Origin: Callorhinchus milii
Taxonomy: Eukaryota
DNA: 64,000 bases
Assembly (NCBI RefSeq): GCF_018977255.1
Contig: NW_024704743.1
Span: forward strand, 10,852,001-10,916,000
Direction of reading: 5' to 3'
The translations under genes were made by a program, and so were the position numbers. The first letter of the stretch is position 1. Each line of letters starts with the position of its first letter. Below, in pieces: positions 39,276 to 51,476 of this stretch. The notes below the pieces were generated by a model. It worked only from the letters and a program-made list of their open reading frames with translations, did no database searches and was not told the DNA's origin.

Positions 39276-39767
39276 TCAACTTAATTTGTTTTATTGCACT
39301 TTGTACCTGAGATGCTATGACAATAACGTAGCCCAAGCATCTTTGAAAGATGCTTTGTTATCCCCCAGCCTTGATAGATGCTCTTTCAATCACAGCTGCA
39401 TTCAGCAATAGTGTAGCTCATTCATATTGGGGTGGGGGAGGGGAGCTCCCTTCCTTGTGTCACATCACCCTCTTTAGTACTAATAATGCCTACATTTAAT
39501 ATAGCACCATTCTCACGTGGAGGACATTTCATAGGATATACTGTAAAGTGTAGTCACTCTATTTTGTAGATGAATTTTCACAAAGCAAAGAACCTTTTAT
39601 GAAGCGTTTTGAGACGCCAATATGAATGAGCTACACTATTGCTGAATGCAGCTGTGATTGAAAGAGCATCAAGGCTGGAAGATAACAAAGCATCTTTCAA
39701 AGATGCTTGGGCTACGTTATTGTCATAGCATCTCCGGTACAAAGTGCAATAAAACAAATTGAGTTGA
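39276..39767. repeat. Inverted repeat with ~150-bp arms (39276-39430 and 39617-39767)
   Basis: Arms are reverse complements apart from a few substitutions and one 4-bp indel; 186-bp spacer. Confidence 0.95.
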
Positions 39768-41760
39768 GTAATGTGATAATAATGTGATAAGGCACTATAT
39801 CAAATGAAAAGATTATTATTATATTATTGTTATGTTTTTCCCTCCAGTACTCTCTCCTTCCTGCTTCTCTTCTGGAGCCCTGTACCTCTTGTACTTTGAC
39901 CAAGAGTCTGTTATCCATTTAGTGCCTCAAAATCATGGGACGAACAATAGTTCATAATACATTTCATGTGCACATTGAATGTTACAAAACATTAGATTTT
40001 TTCCCCCAGTGGATTTGGAAAAGGTTATATTTTATCCAGAGGAATAAAACTTTACACAACTTGTGGAGTCTTGGAGAAGTACCTTTGTAGAATTAACCAG
40101 GCCTGCAAATAAGAATATTTCCAATTCATTTACTATTATGCCTCAGTTGAATTAGCTGCTGGTTTGGGAGTAAAGGACATTTTAGCAAGATGATTTGTTT
40201 GCAGTGATCTAGAAAAAAATATGTCTACAAACTTCAATGAAGGATCAAATATTATTTATATATTCTCTTATATAGTCTTTTATGTATTAAAAACACAGGT
40301 TATCCTCGTTGTTATATAAAATGGTTAATTCAAGCCTCTCAAGCCTCTCATGGGGCTAACAAATTTCAATAGTTCATAACACATTTCATGTGCACATTGA
40401 ATGTTACAAAACATTACATTTTTTTNGAAGGGAATATTACCGCCTGGTCTTAGATAAAGCTTAATTAAATTCAGCAGAGGTTGATCTTTGGTAGGACAAA
40501 CTTTGCTATAATAGTTGCTTCTAGCAAACACATTACTGAGGGGTTCCACACCAGTGCTTATTGAGAAATACTACACAGCTGTCAATGTTCAATGTTCACA
40601 GGAAATGTTTCTTGCCATGAACGTTTACAGAAATGATTGCAACTCCTACAACACTTAACAGAGAAGAGGGGAGGGGATGAAAGATAATAATTTTTATATA
40701 GCACCCTTCACATGAGGTTCTCTGCCCGGATGTCCTCCCGACGTGAAAAGCGCTATACAAATATAATTTGGAATTGTATTGTAGTGTCTCGGAGTATTGA
40801 ACAATGGCAGAATGTGATGCCTGATTTCTAGTCAGGAAAGCGGTGAGGTCAGTATACATCTGAGTGAATCTGGATACAATAAACACTGATCTTCACATGA
40901 GGGATAGGGGAATAGAGGAGTATAGGAGAGAGTAAGGGAATGGGTGAAGACTTGTATGGAGTATAAACACTGCCACAGACTGGTTAGGCCAAATGGCCTG
41001 TTTCCGTGATAAACATTCTTTGTAAATAATAATAATCCTTGCATTTGATATAACACCTTATCACATCTTTGAGACATCTCAATATGCTTCACAGAATATA
41101 CTGTAAATTGTATATTTTGCGGTCAAAACGCAGCAGTCAATTACGCAGAGCAGTGTCCCACAAAAAGTCGTGGATTGAAGGGACCAATTAATTTTTTTTG
41201 AAGGGAATATTACCCCCGTAATAGCAATCCACTAATCGACTAACACCATCTTTTTAGGTGTTATTGAAGCATGGGTTATTGAAGGCAGATCCTGGTTACA
41301 AAATTGCTTTAACTATTGGTGCCTCCAACTGCTTCAGGTTGTTTTACTTGTGTAAAGATGTTACGGAATAAAAGGGAGAACTTAGGGTGAGCTACCATGA
41401 CAGGCCAAGATGCAGGCTAAATCCAGTTTCAAACCAGTTTTATTTTTTACAACACTTAAATTTAATTTGTAGCTGATCATAGCTGAATTCTCCCTAGGTA
41501 AATTTAAAGACGTTTAATGAAACTGAAATAAATTATTAATGATTTGTGTGTTTAACCCTGGAGAAGGTCAAAAGATTGTGAGGAATGATAGCAAATAGCT
41601 TGCTGGATAACGCCATGCAGTAAAAGAGGCTTGATCTGTGTTTACCTTCCAGGCAGCATTACTGTATGAGCGAGTCTGTAAACAGAGTGGCAAATCAAAG
41701 GATTTGCACATCATTCATTCCTTCTAGGTATGAAAATGATCTGATCAGTTCATGTTCTGT

Positions 41761-43075
41761 ACAACAACAACAACTTAGATTTATATAGCGCCCTCCACGC
41801 CAGACGGCGTCTCAGAGCGCTTTACAGTTTAGGATCCAGGGCCGAGCCAGGGGGAGGGGGAGGAAGGTGACCAAAGGCGCCGTCGAAAAGAAAAGTCTTC
41901 AGCAGAGACCTGAAAATAGGAAGAGAGGGGACGAGGCAAAGGGAGTGAAGAAGGGACTGTGGGAACAAAGAATCCCACAAAATAGGAAGAGAGGGGGTGA
42001 GGCGTAGGGATTGAGGAAGGGAGTTCCAGAGCCTCGGGGCATAGTGGCTGAAGGCATGGCCGCTGAGGGTGGAACGGAGGACTCATGGGACAAGGAGGAG
42101 GCCAAGGAGGAAAATAGGAAGAGAGGGGGTGAGGCGTAGGGATTGAGGAAGGGAGTTCCAGAGCCTCGGGGCATAGTGGCTGAAGGCATGGCCGCTGAGG
42201 GTGGAACGGAGGACTCAGGGGACAAGGAGGAGGCCAGACCCAGGAGGAACGAAGGCAATGGGTACTGTTTTGAGGAGAGAGGAGGTCAGAGAGGTAGGGG
42301 GTTGTAGAGGAGCACAGGGACTTGAATACAAGGGTGAGGATCTTGAAATCGATCCTCTCTGGGATAGGCAGCCAGTGTAGTCTGGCAAGGACTGGGGTGA
42401 TCGGGGAGCAGAGTTTCATGCGGGTGAGAATGTGGGCGGCAGAGTTCTGAATGATTTGGATTTTATGGATGGTAGTGGATGGGAGACAGGCAAGGAGGGC
42501 ATGAGAGTAGCCCAGCCGAGAGGTGACAAAGGTATGCACCAGGGTTTCAGCGGCTTTGGGAGAGGTATTGGCGGAGATGGGCGATGCGTCAAGGCGGTAG
42601 AAGGTGGTAGAAGGCGGTGCTGGTGAGGAACCGGATGTGGGGGAGGAAGGATAATTGGAGGTCGAACCTGACGCCTAGGTTGCATACGGATTCTGAGAGT
42701 TTATGGGGGAGGTCGGGTAGGTGGAGGTGGTGAGAGCCATGAGATTTTAGATGTTGATGAGAGCTAAAGAGTATGGCTTCTGTCTTGTCAACGTTTCACT
42801 CATCCAGCCCCTGAGATCTGACAGGCAGGCTGACAGAACATCAGGGGACTGGGGGTCGCAAAGAGAGGTGGAAAAATAGAGTTGGGTGTCATCTGTATAC
42901 ATGTAGAAATGTACCCCATGTCTACGGATGACATCCCCAAGAGGGAGCAGAAAGAGGAGGGGGCCAAGGATGGATCCTTGGGGTACCCCGCAGGTAAACG
43001 GGTGAGAGCGAGAGAAGAAGCCGTTTGTGCTGATGTACTGCTGTCGGTTTGTGAGGTAGGACTTGTGATGTACTC
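41761..43075 (-). mobile_element. L2 3' part with an internal 132-bp tandem duplication and a templated insert
   Basis: CGVPQGSILGPLLF, MYTDDTQLY, LHWLPIPERIDFKIL. Tandem units begin at 41979 and 42111. Confidence 0.92.
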
Positions 43076-44028
43076 CTCTTGCAGCATGACTACACAAAAG
43101 GCAACATGGAAAGGGTCCAGGGATTTGTTTTCATGAGCCGAAAATACAAGTTCTGTCTAACAAGTGAGACCAGCGCTTTCCATATAAAGAAATGTGGCAT
43201 GTTTTAGTAGCAGGCTTACAGCCAATGCTGTGAAACGCTTATGGCGGCCAATGTATCATTTTAACTTTTGAGGCCTGTAGAGGCCTTGACTGAAATACAG
43301 AAGCATTTTCTCTCAGGTACCCAGTATTACTTTACTCTCCAGGAGTAAACTTAAGTAGGTTGCTTCCCTCCAGGGAGAGAACGCATTGCATTCCATTCCA
43401 GACACATTCCATTCCGTGTGTTGATGACGTGTGGAACTCTCAGTCTGGTTTGGATATTTAAGCGTGATGATGGTCAGGCTATGTCAGACACCCCACTGAC
43501 CAAACAAAACATTTTTTTTTAAGTTACGGTGAACTAATACTCAAAGTAAAATGTAAAATGGAATGTTTAGGCTTCACTCCATTTCAAAGAAAATTCACAA
43601 TTTCTGGCTTTTGTTATTCTCAGGTTTTTGAAAACATTGAGCTAGTAAACTGATGATTGCCATGTTAGGTTCAGAGACCAGTGGATGTAAATATGCTCGG
43701 TATTAATAGATAGACAAATTAATAAAATAATGAATATAATCCTTGCAATTGATCCTCATATAAAGAGTTTCTGAGATGTGGAATGTCCTGCCAGGTAAAT
43801 TGATAGTGGCAGATTCCATTGTGGGTTCAAGAGGGAAACTAGACAGGTATATGAAAGATAGAGGCTTGAAGGGGTTTGGGGATAAGGCATGGTGGGGGGA
43901 TTGAATGAACATGTTGCTCTGAGAACTAGTGCAGACTTGATGGGCTGAATGGCCTCCTCCTCTGCTGTAAATTTCTATGATTATATGATTGATCCAAAGG
44001 ATGACAATAGGGGTCTTTCAATTGACCA

Positions 44029-44248
44029 GGGATTCTTTGTTCCCACAGTCCCTTCTTCACTCCCTTTGCCTCGTCCCCTCTCTTCCTATTTTCAGGTCTC
44101 GGCTGAAGATCTTTCTTTTTGACCGCGCCTTTGGACACCTTCCTCCCCCTCCCCCTGGCTCGGCCCCGGGATCCTAAACTGTAAAGCGCTCTGAGACGCC
44201 GTCCGGCGTGGAGGGCGCTATATAAATCTAAGTTGTTGTTGTTGTTAC
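44029..44248 (+). mobile_element. Short L2 3' end, inverted relative to 41761-41976
   Basis: Same subfamily tail ...GGAGGGCGCTATATAAATCTAA(GTT)n. Confidence 0.88.
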
Positions 44249-44319
44249 AAGTCCAAGTAAAGTCCATTGCTGCTTTTCGATCACATTCTGGCTGTTGTTT
44301 CAGTCAATATCTCAATAGT

Positions 44320-44646
44320 TGGATCTCAGTGGTTAGAGCACTCGCTTTGCAAGTGAGAGACCTGAATTCAATTCCAGGCAGAGGGCGAAACCTCGGGCAA
44401 GTTTCCTTACTCCACACAGAGCCTAATAATAATCCCTCCAAAACCAAAAACAGTAATAAATTGGTCATGTTCAATCTACGACTGTTTGTGGGACATTGCT
44501 GTGCGCAATTGGCTGCCGCGTTCACCCACAAATATACAGTCAATTCACTTTACAGTGTGTTCTGTGAAGCGCTTTGGGACGTCCTCCCGATATGAAAAGC
44601 GCTATATCAAATGCAAGGATTATTATTATTATTATTATTATTATTT
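44320..44646 (+). mobile_element. tRNA(Ala)/Deu SINE
   Basis: Head (slightly 5' clipped), Deu core and (TTA)n tail. Confidence 0.9.
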
Positions 44647-45094
44647 TCCAAAAAAATCATTGTCCAACTCGAGCAGTCGCTAAACATCCTTTCTCACCAC
44701 TGGTATATTGAAGGATGTTATTGGTTGGTAGCTGCTTGTTAAGAGTTCCCTGAGGGTCCTCTAACAGATCTGACCATCCTCCACAGAACTTGTGCAAATA
44801 GAGCTGAGCCAATTGAGTCACTGTTATTTCAGACATGTAATCACATCTTCCTGCATGTGAAAGTGCAAGCATTTGCTGCACATATTACACATTTCCTGCA
44901 CATGAGCAGTGGTCAGGAAGTAACGTTTGAAACAAATTTTCAACCCAGAAGTTGGCAATTTTTAGCATGCAATAAGCCAATCCATATACTGAAGCTAACT
45001 GGAGGTCCACAGAGCATCTTGCCTTATAAGCAAGCCCACCTTATAAGGGGGCATCTAGTAATAGGGTTCTGCTGTAAAATGTAGAACCATGGTG

Positions 45095-45625
45095 TAGAAC
45101 CAGTGCGCAATCTAGGTGTCCGGTTCAATGCCCAGCTGTCATTCCTCCCCCACATCCAGTCCCCGACCTTCTTCCACTTATTGGCGTGGACCAAACTCCA
45201 TACCCACATCTCACCACTGGCTCCCCATCACCAAACAGATCGACTTCAAGATTCTCACTCTTGTGTTCAAATCCATTCACCCCCTGGCATATCTCTACCT
45301 CTCCAGCCTCGTCACAACCCAATCCACCAACCAGCACCTCAGCTCGACTCGCACTGGTCTCCTGCTCGTCCCTCGCACCTTCTGCCCCACCATCGGAGGT
45401 CGTACTTTCAGCCATTACACCCCAAAACTCTGGAAAACTCTCCCTCAATCCCTCCATCTTGCCCCCTCTCTCCCCTCTTTCAAGTCCCACCTGAAAGCTT
45501 TCCTCTTCAACCGTGCTTACGGCCACCTCCCCACTCCCCCCGGCTCGGAGTCAGGCTCCGCCACTGTTAAGCGCTCTGAGATGCTACCCAGCATGGAGGG
45601 TGCTACATAAGTGCACGTTGTTGTA
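45095..45625 (+). mobile_element. Decayed L2 3' fragment
   Basis: RNLGVRFNAQLSF, HWLPITKQIDFKIL, GGRTFSHYTPKLW. Further L2 tails at ~45900-46365 and 47210-47385 (-). Confidence 0.85.
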
Positions 45626-46497
45626 GAACAAGGAAGTAATACTCGGAGGCAAGATGAACAGGAAATTTAGATTTAATAAATTGACACAGAGAGCAATGAG
45701 TATGAGTAGACCACTCAGGGAGGCGGGGAAAGCAGATTTCACCAGCAAGATTAAGTGGGAATTCAATAGTCATGGAGCAAATAAGAAATAAAGTAAAGTA
45801 GGATTGTTTTGTTATTTCTTTAATATTATTTATATATGCAAATTTGGCCAAATGCGTTGCAATGATCCTTTCGGCTTCAGATTAAGCCCTCCAAGATGCT
45901 ACAACAACGTTAAGTTTATTTCATGTTGGGAGGTCATCCCAAGGTGCTGGATAGTCAAGAGTTTGAAACCAAGGTGGGGATTGGATTCAGGAGAGGTGAG
46001 AGCAGAGGTGGGGGGGATGGGAGTGGAAAGCTGATCAAAGATGCGGTGAAAAAGCATCTTGAAGGAGGCAAGGGAAACAGTATGACAAAGAGACAACAAC
46101 AAATTACACTTTTATAACGCCCTTCACATCGGAAAGATATCCCAAGGTGCTCGACAGTCAGGGGTTGTCAGACCTAAGCTGGGAGTTGGGGTCAGGAAGA
46201 ATGGAAGGCAGGGGGTGGGGGTGGGAGGGTGGCCAAAGGCACGGTCAATGAAGAAGATCTTTAGACTTGACTTGAAGGAGGCAAGAGAGGGGTGAGGCAA
46301 AGGGATTGTGAGATAGAGTTCCAGAGTGTGGGGGCGGAGATGCTGATTGCCCGACCGCCAATGTATGGCATTCCTCTGTTTCTTCATATTCCAGAGCATA
46401 TGAAGCTGATCACTTTTGATTGCTTTGGATCACAATCTTGCATAGAGATAAAGTAACAGAGTCAGATTTCAAGGCCCTTCACTTCAAAGCCTTGCTC

Positions 46498-47050
46498 AAC
46501 TCCACACGCCCAATAATAATCCCTCCAAAACAAAACAATAATAAATTGGTCATTTTCAATCTACAACTGTTATAATAATAATAATAATCCTTGCATTTGA
46601 TATAGCGCTTTTTACGTCGGGAGGACGTCCAAAAGCGCTTCACAGAACACACTGTAAAGTGAATTGACTGTATATTTGTGGGCGAACGCGGCAGCCAATT
46701 GCGCACAGCAATGTCCCACAAACAGTCGTCGATTGAAAATGACTAATTTATTATTGTTTTGGGTTTTTGGAGGGATTATTATTAGGCGTGTGGAGTAAGG
46801 AAACTTGCCCAAGGTTTTGCCCTGCCTGGAATTGAACTCAGGTCTCTCACTTGCAAAGCGAGTGCTCTAACCACTGAGCTTCAGGACTCCACAAACTGTT
46901 TGTGGGACACTGCTGTGCACAATTGGCTGCCACGTTTCGCCCACAAATATACAGTCAATTCATCTTACAGTCTATTCTGTGAAGTGCTTTGAGACGTCGA
47001 GAAGACGTGAAAAGTGCTACATCAAATGCAAGGATTATTATTATTATTAT
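46498..47050. mobile_element. Nested SINEs: full minus-strand SINE (46572-46890) inside a plus-strand SINE of the same family
   Basis: Host halves 46498-46571 and 46892-47050 rejoin at the Deu core; AACTGTT is present on both sides. Confidence 0.85.
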
Positions 47051-47386
47051 AAAGCACGTTAGCCCCTACTAATCCAATAATACTTATTATTCAAAGATTT
47101 GCATTTTCATTTGAATTCATTATGGAGTGCAAAGAAAGAATCGAGTCTAATGCCACTGGGATTACCTCGGGTGTCCTTGACTTCTTTTTTAGGAAAAAAA
47201 ACTTTAAAACAACAAAATTACATTTATAGAGCGCCCTTCACGTCGAGAGGACGTCCCAAGGCACTGGACAGTCAGGGGTCAGGACCCAAGCTTGGAGGAG
47301 GGGTGGGGTAGGGATGAGGGAAGGCAGAGAAGTGGGAGGGCGACCGAAAGCACAATCGAAGAGGAGGATCTTGAGACCGGCCTTGA

Positions 47387-50300
47387 ACAACAACAACAAG
47401 ATTTGATTTATAGAGCGTCTTTCACGTTGGGAGGACGTCCCAAGGCGCTGGACAGTTGGGTCAGGACCCGAGCACGGGGGAAATGGTCAGGGTGAGGGGA
47501 GGAAAGGGAGGGAGCGAGGAGGGGGTAGAGAGTCCAAAAGGGAGCTGAAGGCATGGCTGAAGAGAAAGGTCTTGAGACCGACCTTGAAGGAGCAAATGGA
47601 GGAAGCAAGGCGAAAGCACTGGGGGATGGAGTTCCAGAGTCTAGGGGCTGAGAGGATGAAGGCTGTTAGGGCGGAGGATGTGGAGCAGACTGGAGCCAGA
47701 GGAACGGAGGGTACGGGCAGGTAGGTAGGGGGATAGTAGGTCGGAGAGGTAGGAGGGAGCAAGGCCGTGAATGACCTTGTAGGTGAGGATGAGGATCTTG
47801 AATTCGATCCTCTGGGGGATGGGGAGCCAGTGGAGGTGAGCGAGGGTGGGAGTGATGTGGTCCGAAGCCTGGTGTGGGACAGTACACGAGCTGTAGAGTT
47901 CTGAATGATCTGCAGCTTGTGGAGGGAAGTGCCGGGAAGGCGGCGAGGAGAGTGTTCCCATAGTCCAGGCTTCAGGTGATAAAGGCGTGGATCAGAGTTT
48001 CAGCAGCGTGAGGAGTGAGGTAGTGCCGTAGTCTGGCGACATTCCGGATGTGATGGAAGGCGGTGCCAGTTGTGGCGCGGATGTGGTGAAGAAAGGACAG
48101 CTCAGGGTCGAACAGAAGACCGAGGTTGGCTGACTGGCTTTGACAGGTGGAGAGTGTAGTCTTGGATGCTGATGCTGTCCGCGCCTGAGGTGCGGAGGCG
48201 CTGACACGAGCCAATCAGGAGGGCCTCAGTTTTGCGCACGTTGAGCTGAAGAAAGTTGTCTCTCGTCCAGGACTCGATGTCAGACAGGCAGGCTGTCAGG
48301 ACATCGGTGGAGTTGAGGGTAGAGGAGGAAAGGTAGAGTTGTGTGTCATCTGCATACATGTGGAAGTTAACCCCATGTCTGCAGATGATGTCACCAAGGG
48401 GGAGCATATAGATGGTGAAGAGGAGGGGACCGAGGACAGAGCCCTGAGGGACACTGCTCGAGACAGTGTGGGGGATGGAGGAAAAGCCGTTTGTGGAAAC
48501 AAAATGAAGACGGTGGGAGAGGTACGACCTAAACCACTCAAGGACAGGGCCTTGAAGTTTGAGGTGGGAGGACAAGCGGTGGAGGAGGAGAGAGTGGTCG
48601 ACCATATCGAATGCAGCCGAGAGGTCAAGGAGGACGAGGAGGCAGAGGGAGCCGTGGTGACAGATGGTCAAGATGTCATTAGTGACCTTGACCAGGGCAG
48701 TTTCTGTGCTATGGGCAGCACGGAAACCCGACTGAAGGGGTTCAAATAATGAATGGGTGGAGAGGAAAGAGCGCAGCTGGGAGGCGACGACTCTTTCAAG
48801 GACCTTCGACAGGAAGGGGAGGTTGGAGATGGGCCGGTAGCTTGATAGCTGCAATGCATCAAGGGAGGGTTTTTTCAATGTGGGAGTGATGGTGGCAGTT
48901 TTGAGGGGAATGGGAACAGAGCCAGAGGAGAGGGACAGGTGTCTGTGAGAAGGGGGGCAAGGAGGTGGAGCTGGGAGATAAGGAATGGAGTGGGGATGGG
49001 GCAACAGTTAGGGATTGTGGGGGTAACTTCTTTCAGGGGTGGTAGAAGATGGTGGTGGGTCTGGTGGAGGTTGGGAGGCGGATGGACGTGGTGAAGGAGA
49101 TGAAGTGGTGATCGGAGACGGCCTTTTCGGTAATGGTGACATCCGAGACACTGAGGTCCCGGGTGATCACCAAATCGAGTGGGTGGCCGTGAATGTGAGT
49201 GGCGGAGTTGATGTGGAGGGAGTGGTTGAGCGAGGAAAGGAGGGAGGAGAAGTCCGAGGAGATGGAGCAGTGGGGGGTGAAGTGCAGGTTGAAGTCGACC
49301 AGGATGATGAGGCGATCAGAGCAGAGGCAGAGAGATGTTAGGAGGGTACAAATATTGGAGAGGATGGTGGGAGACGTTTTAGGGGGCCAGTAGAGGAGGA
49401 GGATTTTGAGTGAGAGATGGGAGGGGTGGGAGAGGGTGAGGTGCTCAAAAGAGGGGAAAGAGCCAGAGGAGTAGGGGTATAGGGCAGGTGGTGTCCTTGA
49501 GATAAAGGCTACACCACCGCCACGGGGGTTGGGGTGAGGGATGTGGTGGGAGGTGTCGCCGGGTGGTGTGGGCTCTATGAGGGGGAAGGTGTCGCTTGGG
49601 GTGAGCCAGGTTTCAGTTAAGACCATGATATCAACGCTCTACTCAAGGATGAGATCGTTGATGACCAGGGCCTTATTATAGAGGAGCAGACGTCTTGTAG
49701 TACGATGTGGAGGGAGCGGTTAAATAATAATAATCCTTAATCCTTGCATTTGATATAGCGCTTTTCACGTCGGGAGGACGTCCCAAAGCGCTTCACAGAA
49801 CACACTGTAAAGTGAATTGACTGTATATTTGTGGGCGAACGCGGCAGCCAATTGCGCACAGCAATGTCCCACAAACAATCGTAGATTGAAAATGACCAAT
49901 TTAATTATTGTTTTTGGTTTTTTGGAGGGATTATTATTAGGCGTGTGGAGTAAGGAAACTTGCCCAAGGTTTCGCCCTCTGCCTGGAATTGAACTCAGGT
50001 CTCTCACTTGCAAAGCGAGTGCTCTAACCACTGAGCTACAGGACTCCACGTGACAGAAGGGTGTGTGGGGAGGGAGGGGCCTCCAGGTTGTGAGGCAGGG
50101 GTGGGGGGAATGGGGATAAGGGAGGAGAGGTTGGCTCCCTGGGTCTGTGTCCGGTGTGGCTGGCGAGTGTGGTGGGGAATGGGGCAGTCGGTGTGGCTGC
50201 TGCTGGACAGCCAACGCCGAGTTCCACGGTGAGCCCGCCGTTGGATTCCCAGGCTGGAACAGAGGGAGGTTGTGGGAGGGTCAAGTGAGGATAGAAGATG

Positions 50301-50580
50301 AGGGGGATGGAGAGAGAGGAGGACAGAGCGGGAGAGATGCAGAGGGGGGAGGGTTTTGGGGGAGGGAGGAGGTGGGAGGGTGGGAAGCAGGGGAGGGAGG
50401 AGGTGGGAGGGTGGGAGGCAGGGTGGGGATGAGGGGCCGGGTCAGAGCGGCAGCCATAGTGCGCACGTGGGGATCGGGAGCGAACGGTCAGGTGGGCAAC
50501 ATTAGCCCATAGGCTGGGGCAGCCAACCCAACAGGAACATAGTGTTCTCTGGTGCGAGCCCGAGGGGGGGGCGCAGAGGA
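47387..50580 (-). mobile_element. Near full-length L2 LINE interrupted by a SINE
   Basis: APE LTETWL, GGGVAF, DFNLH, HPLDLVIT, SDHH (49033-49626). RT ORF 48102-49004 with [31 protein letters not shown]. 5' region shares TATGGCTGCCGC with the 33.7-kb element. Confidence 0.95.
49722..50047 (-). mobile_element. tRNA(Ala)/Deu SINE inserted in L2
   Basis: Complete head, core and tail. Confidence 0.9.
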
Positions 50581-50629
50581 GTTTGTTTTGTTTGTTTGTT
50601 TTTGTTTGTTTTTGCGCGCACACTCCTAA

Positions 50630-51476
50630 ATCTGAAGGAGGCAAAGGAGGAAGCGAGATGAAGGGACTGTGGAATGGAATGCCAGAGTGTGGGGGCAGAG
50701 TAGCTGAAAGCTCAGCCACCGATGGTAGGGTGGGTCAGGCGGGAGACATGGAGCAGGCCAGAGACCGCTGAACAGAGGGAGCGGGCAGGTTGGTAGGGAG
50801 TCAGCAGGTCAGAAAGGTAGGAGGGGGCAAGGCCATGGATGGCCTTGAAAGTGAGGAAGAGGAGCTTGAACTCGATCCTCTGTGGGATGGGGAGCTAATG
50901 GAGTCAGGCGAGGGTGGGAGTGATGGGGTCATGGAGCCTGGTGCGTGAGAGTACATGAGCTGCAGAGTTTTGGATGATCTGCAGCTTGTGAAGGGAAGAG
51001 TTGGGAAGGCCGATGAAGAGGGAATTTCCATAATTGAGCCTTGATGTGATGAATGCATGGGTGAGGGTTTTGGCAGCCTGAGGGCTGAGGCAGTGGCGGA
51101 GTCTGGCAATGTTGGGGAGGTGGTGGTTGGCAGTGCCGGTTATGGCGCGGATGTGGGGGAGAAAGAACAGTTCAGGGTCAAACAAGACACCCAGGTTCCT
51201 GACTGGCTTAGTGAGGTTGAGTGAGCAGCTGTGGACGTTGTTGCTGCCAGCACCCGAGGTGCGGAGGCACTGGCGTGAGCCAATCAGGAGGGCCTTGGTC
51301 TTGCTGACATTAAGTTGGAGAAAGTTGTCCCTCATCCAGGACTTGATGTCGGACAGGCAGTCAGTCGGTCAGGACACCAGTAGTCCTGGAGTTGAGGGTG
51401 GAGGCAGAGAAATAGAGTTGGGTGTCATCCACGTACATGTGGAAATTTACCCCAGGTCTGCGGATGATGTCACCAG
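50630..51476 (-). mobile_element. L2 RT/C-terminal fragment
   Basis: [20 protein letters not shown]...VRNLGVLFD...[12 protein letters not shown]. Confidence 0.9.

Noticed and set aside
39276..39767. MITE with long TIRs or a pre-miRNA
   Set aside because: No TSD, one arm interrupts a SINE tail, the spacer is SINE debris, and the arms are too long for a pre-miRNA.
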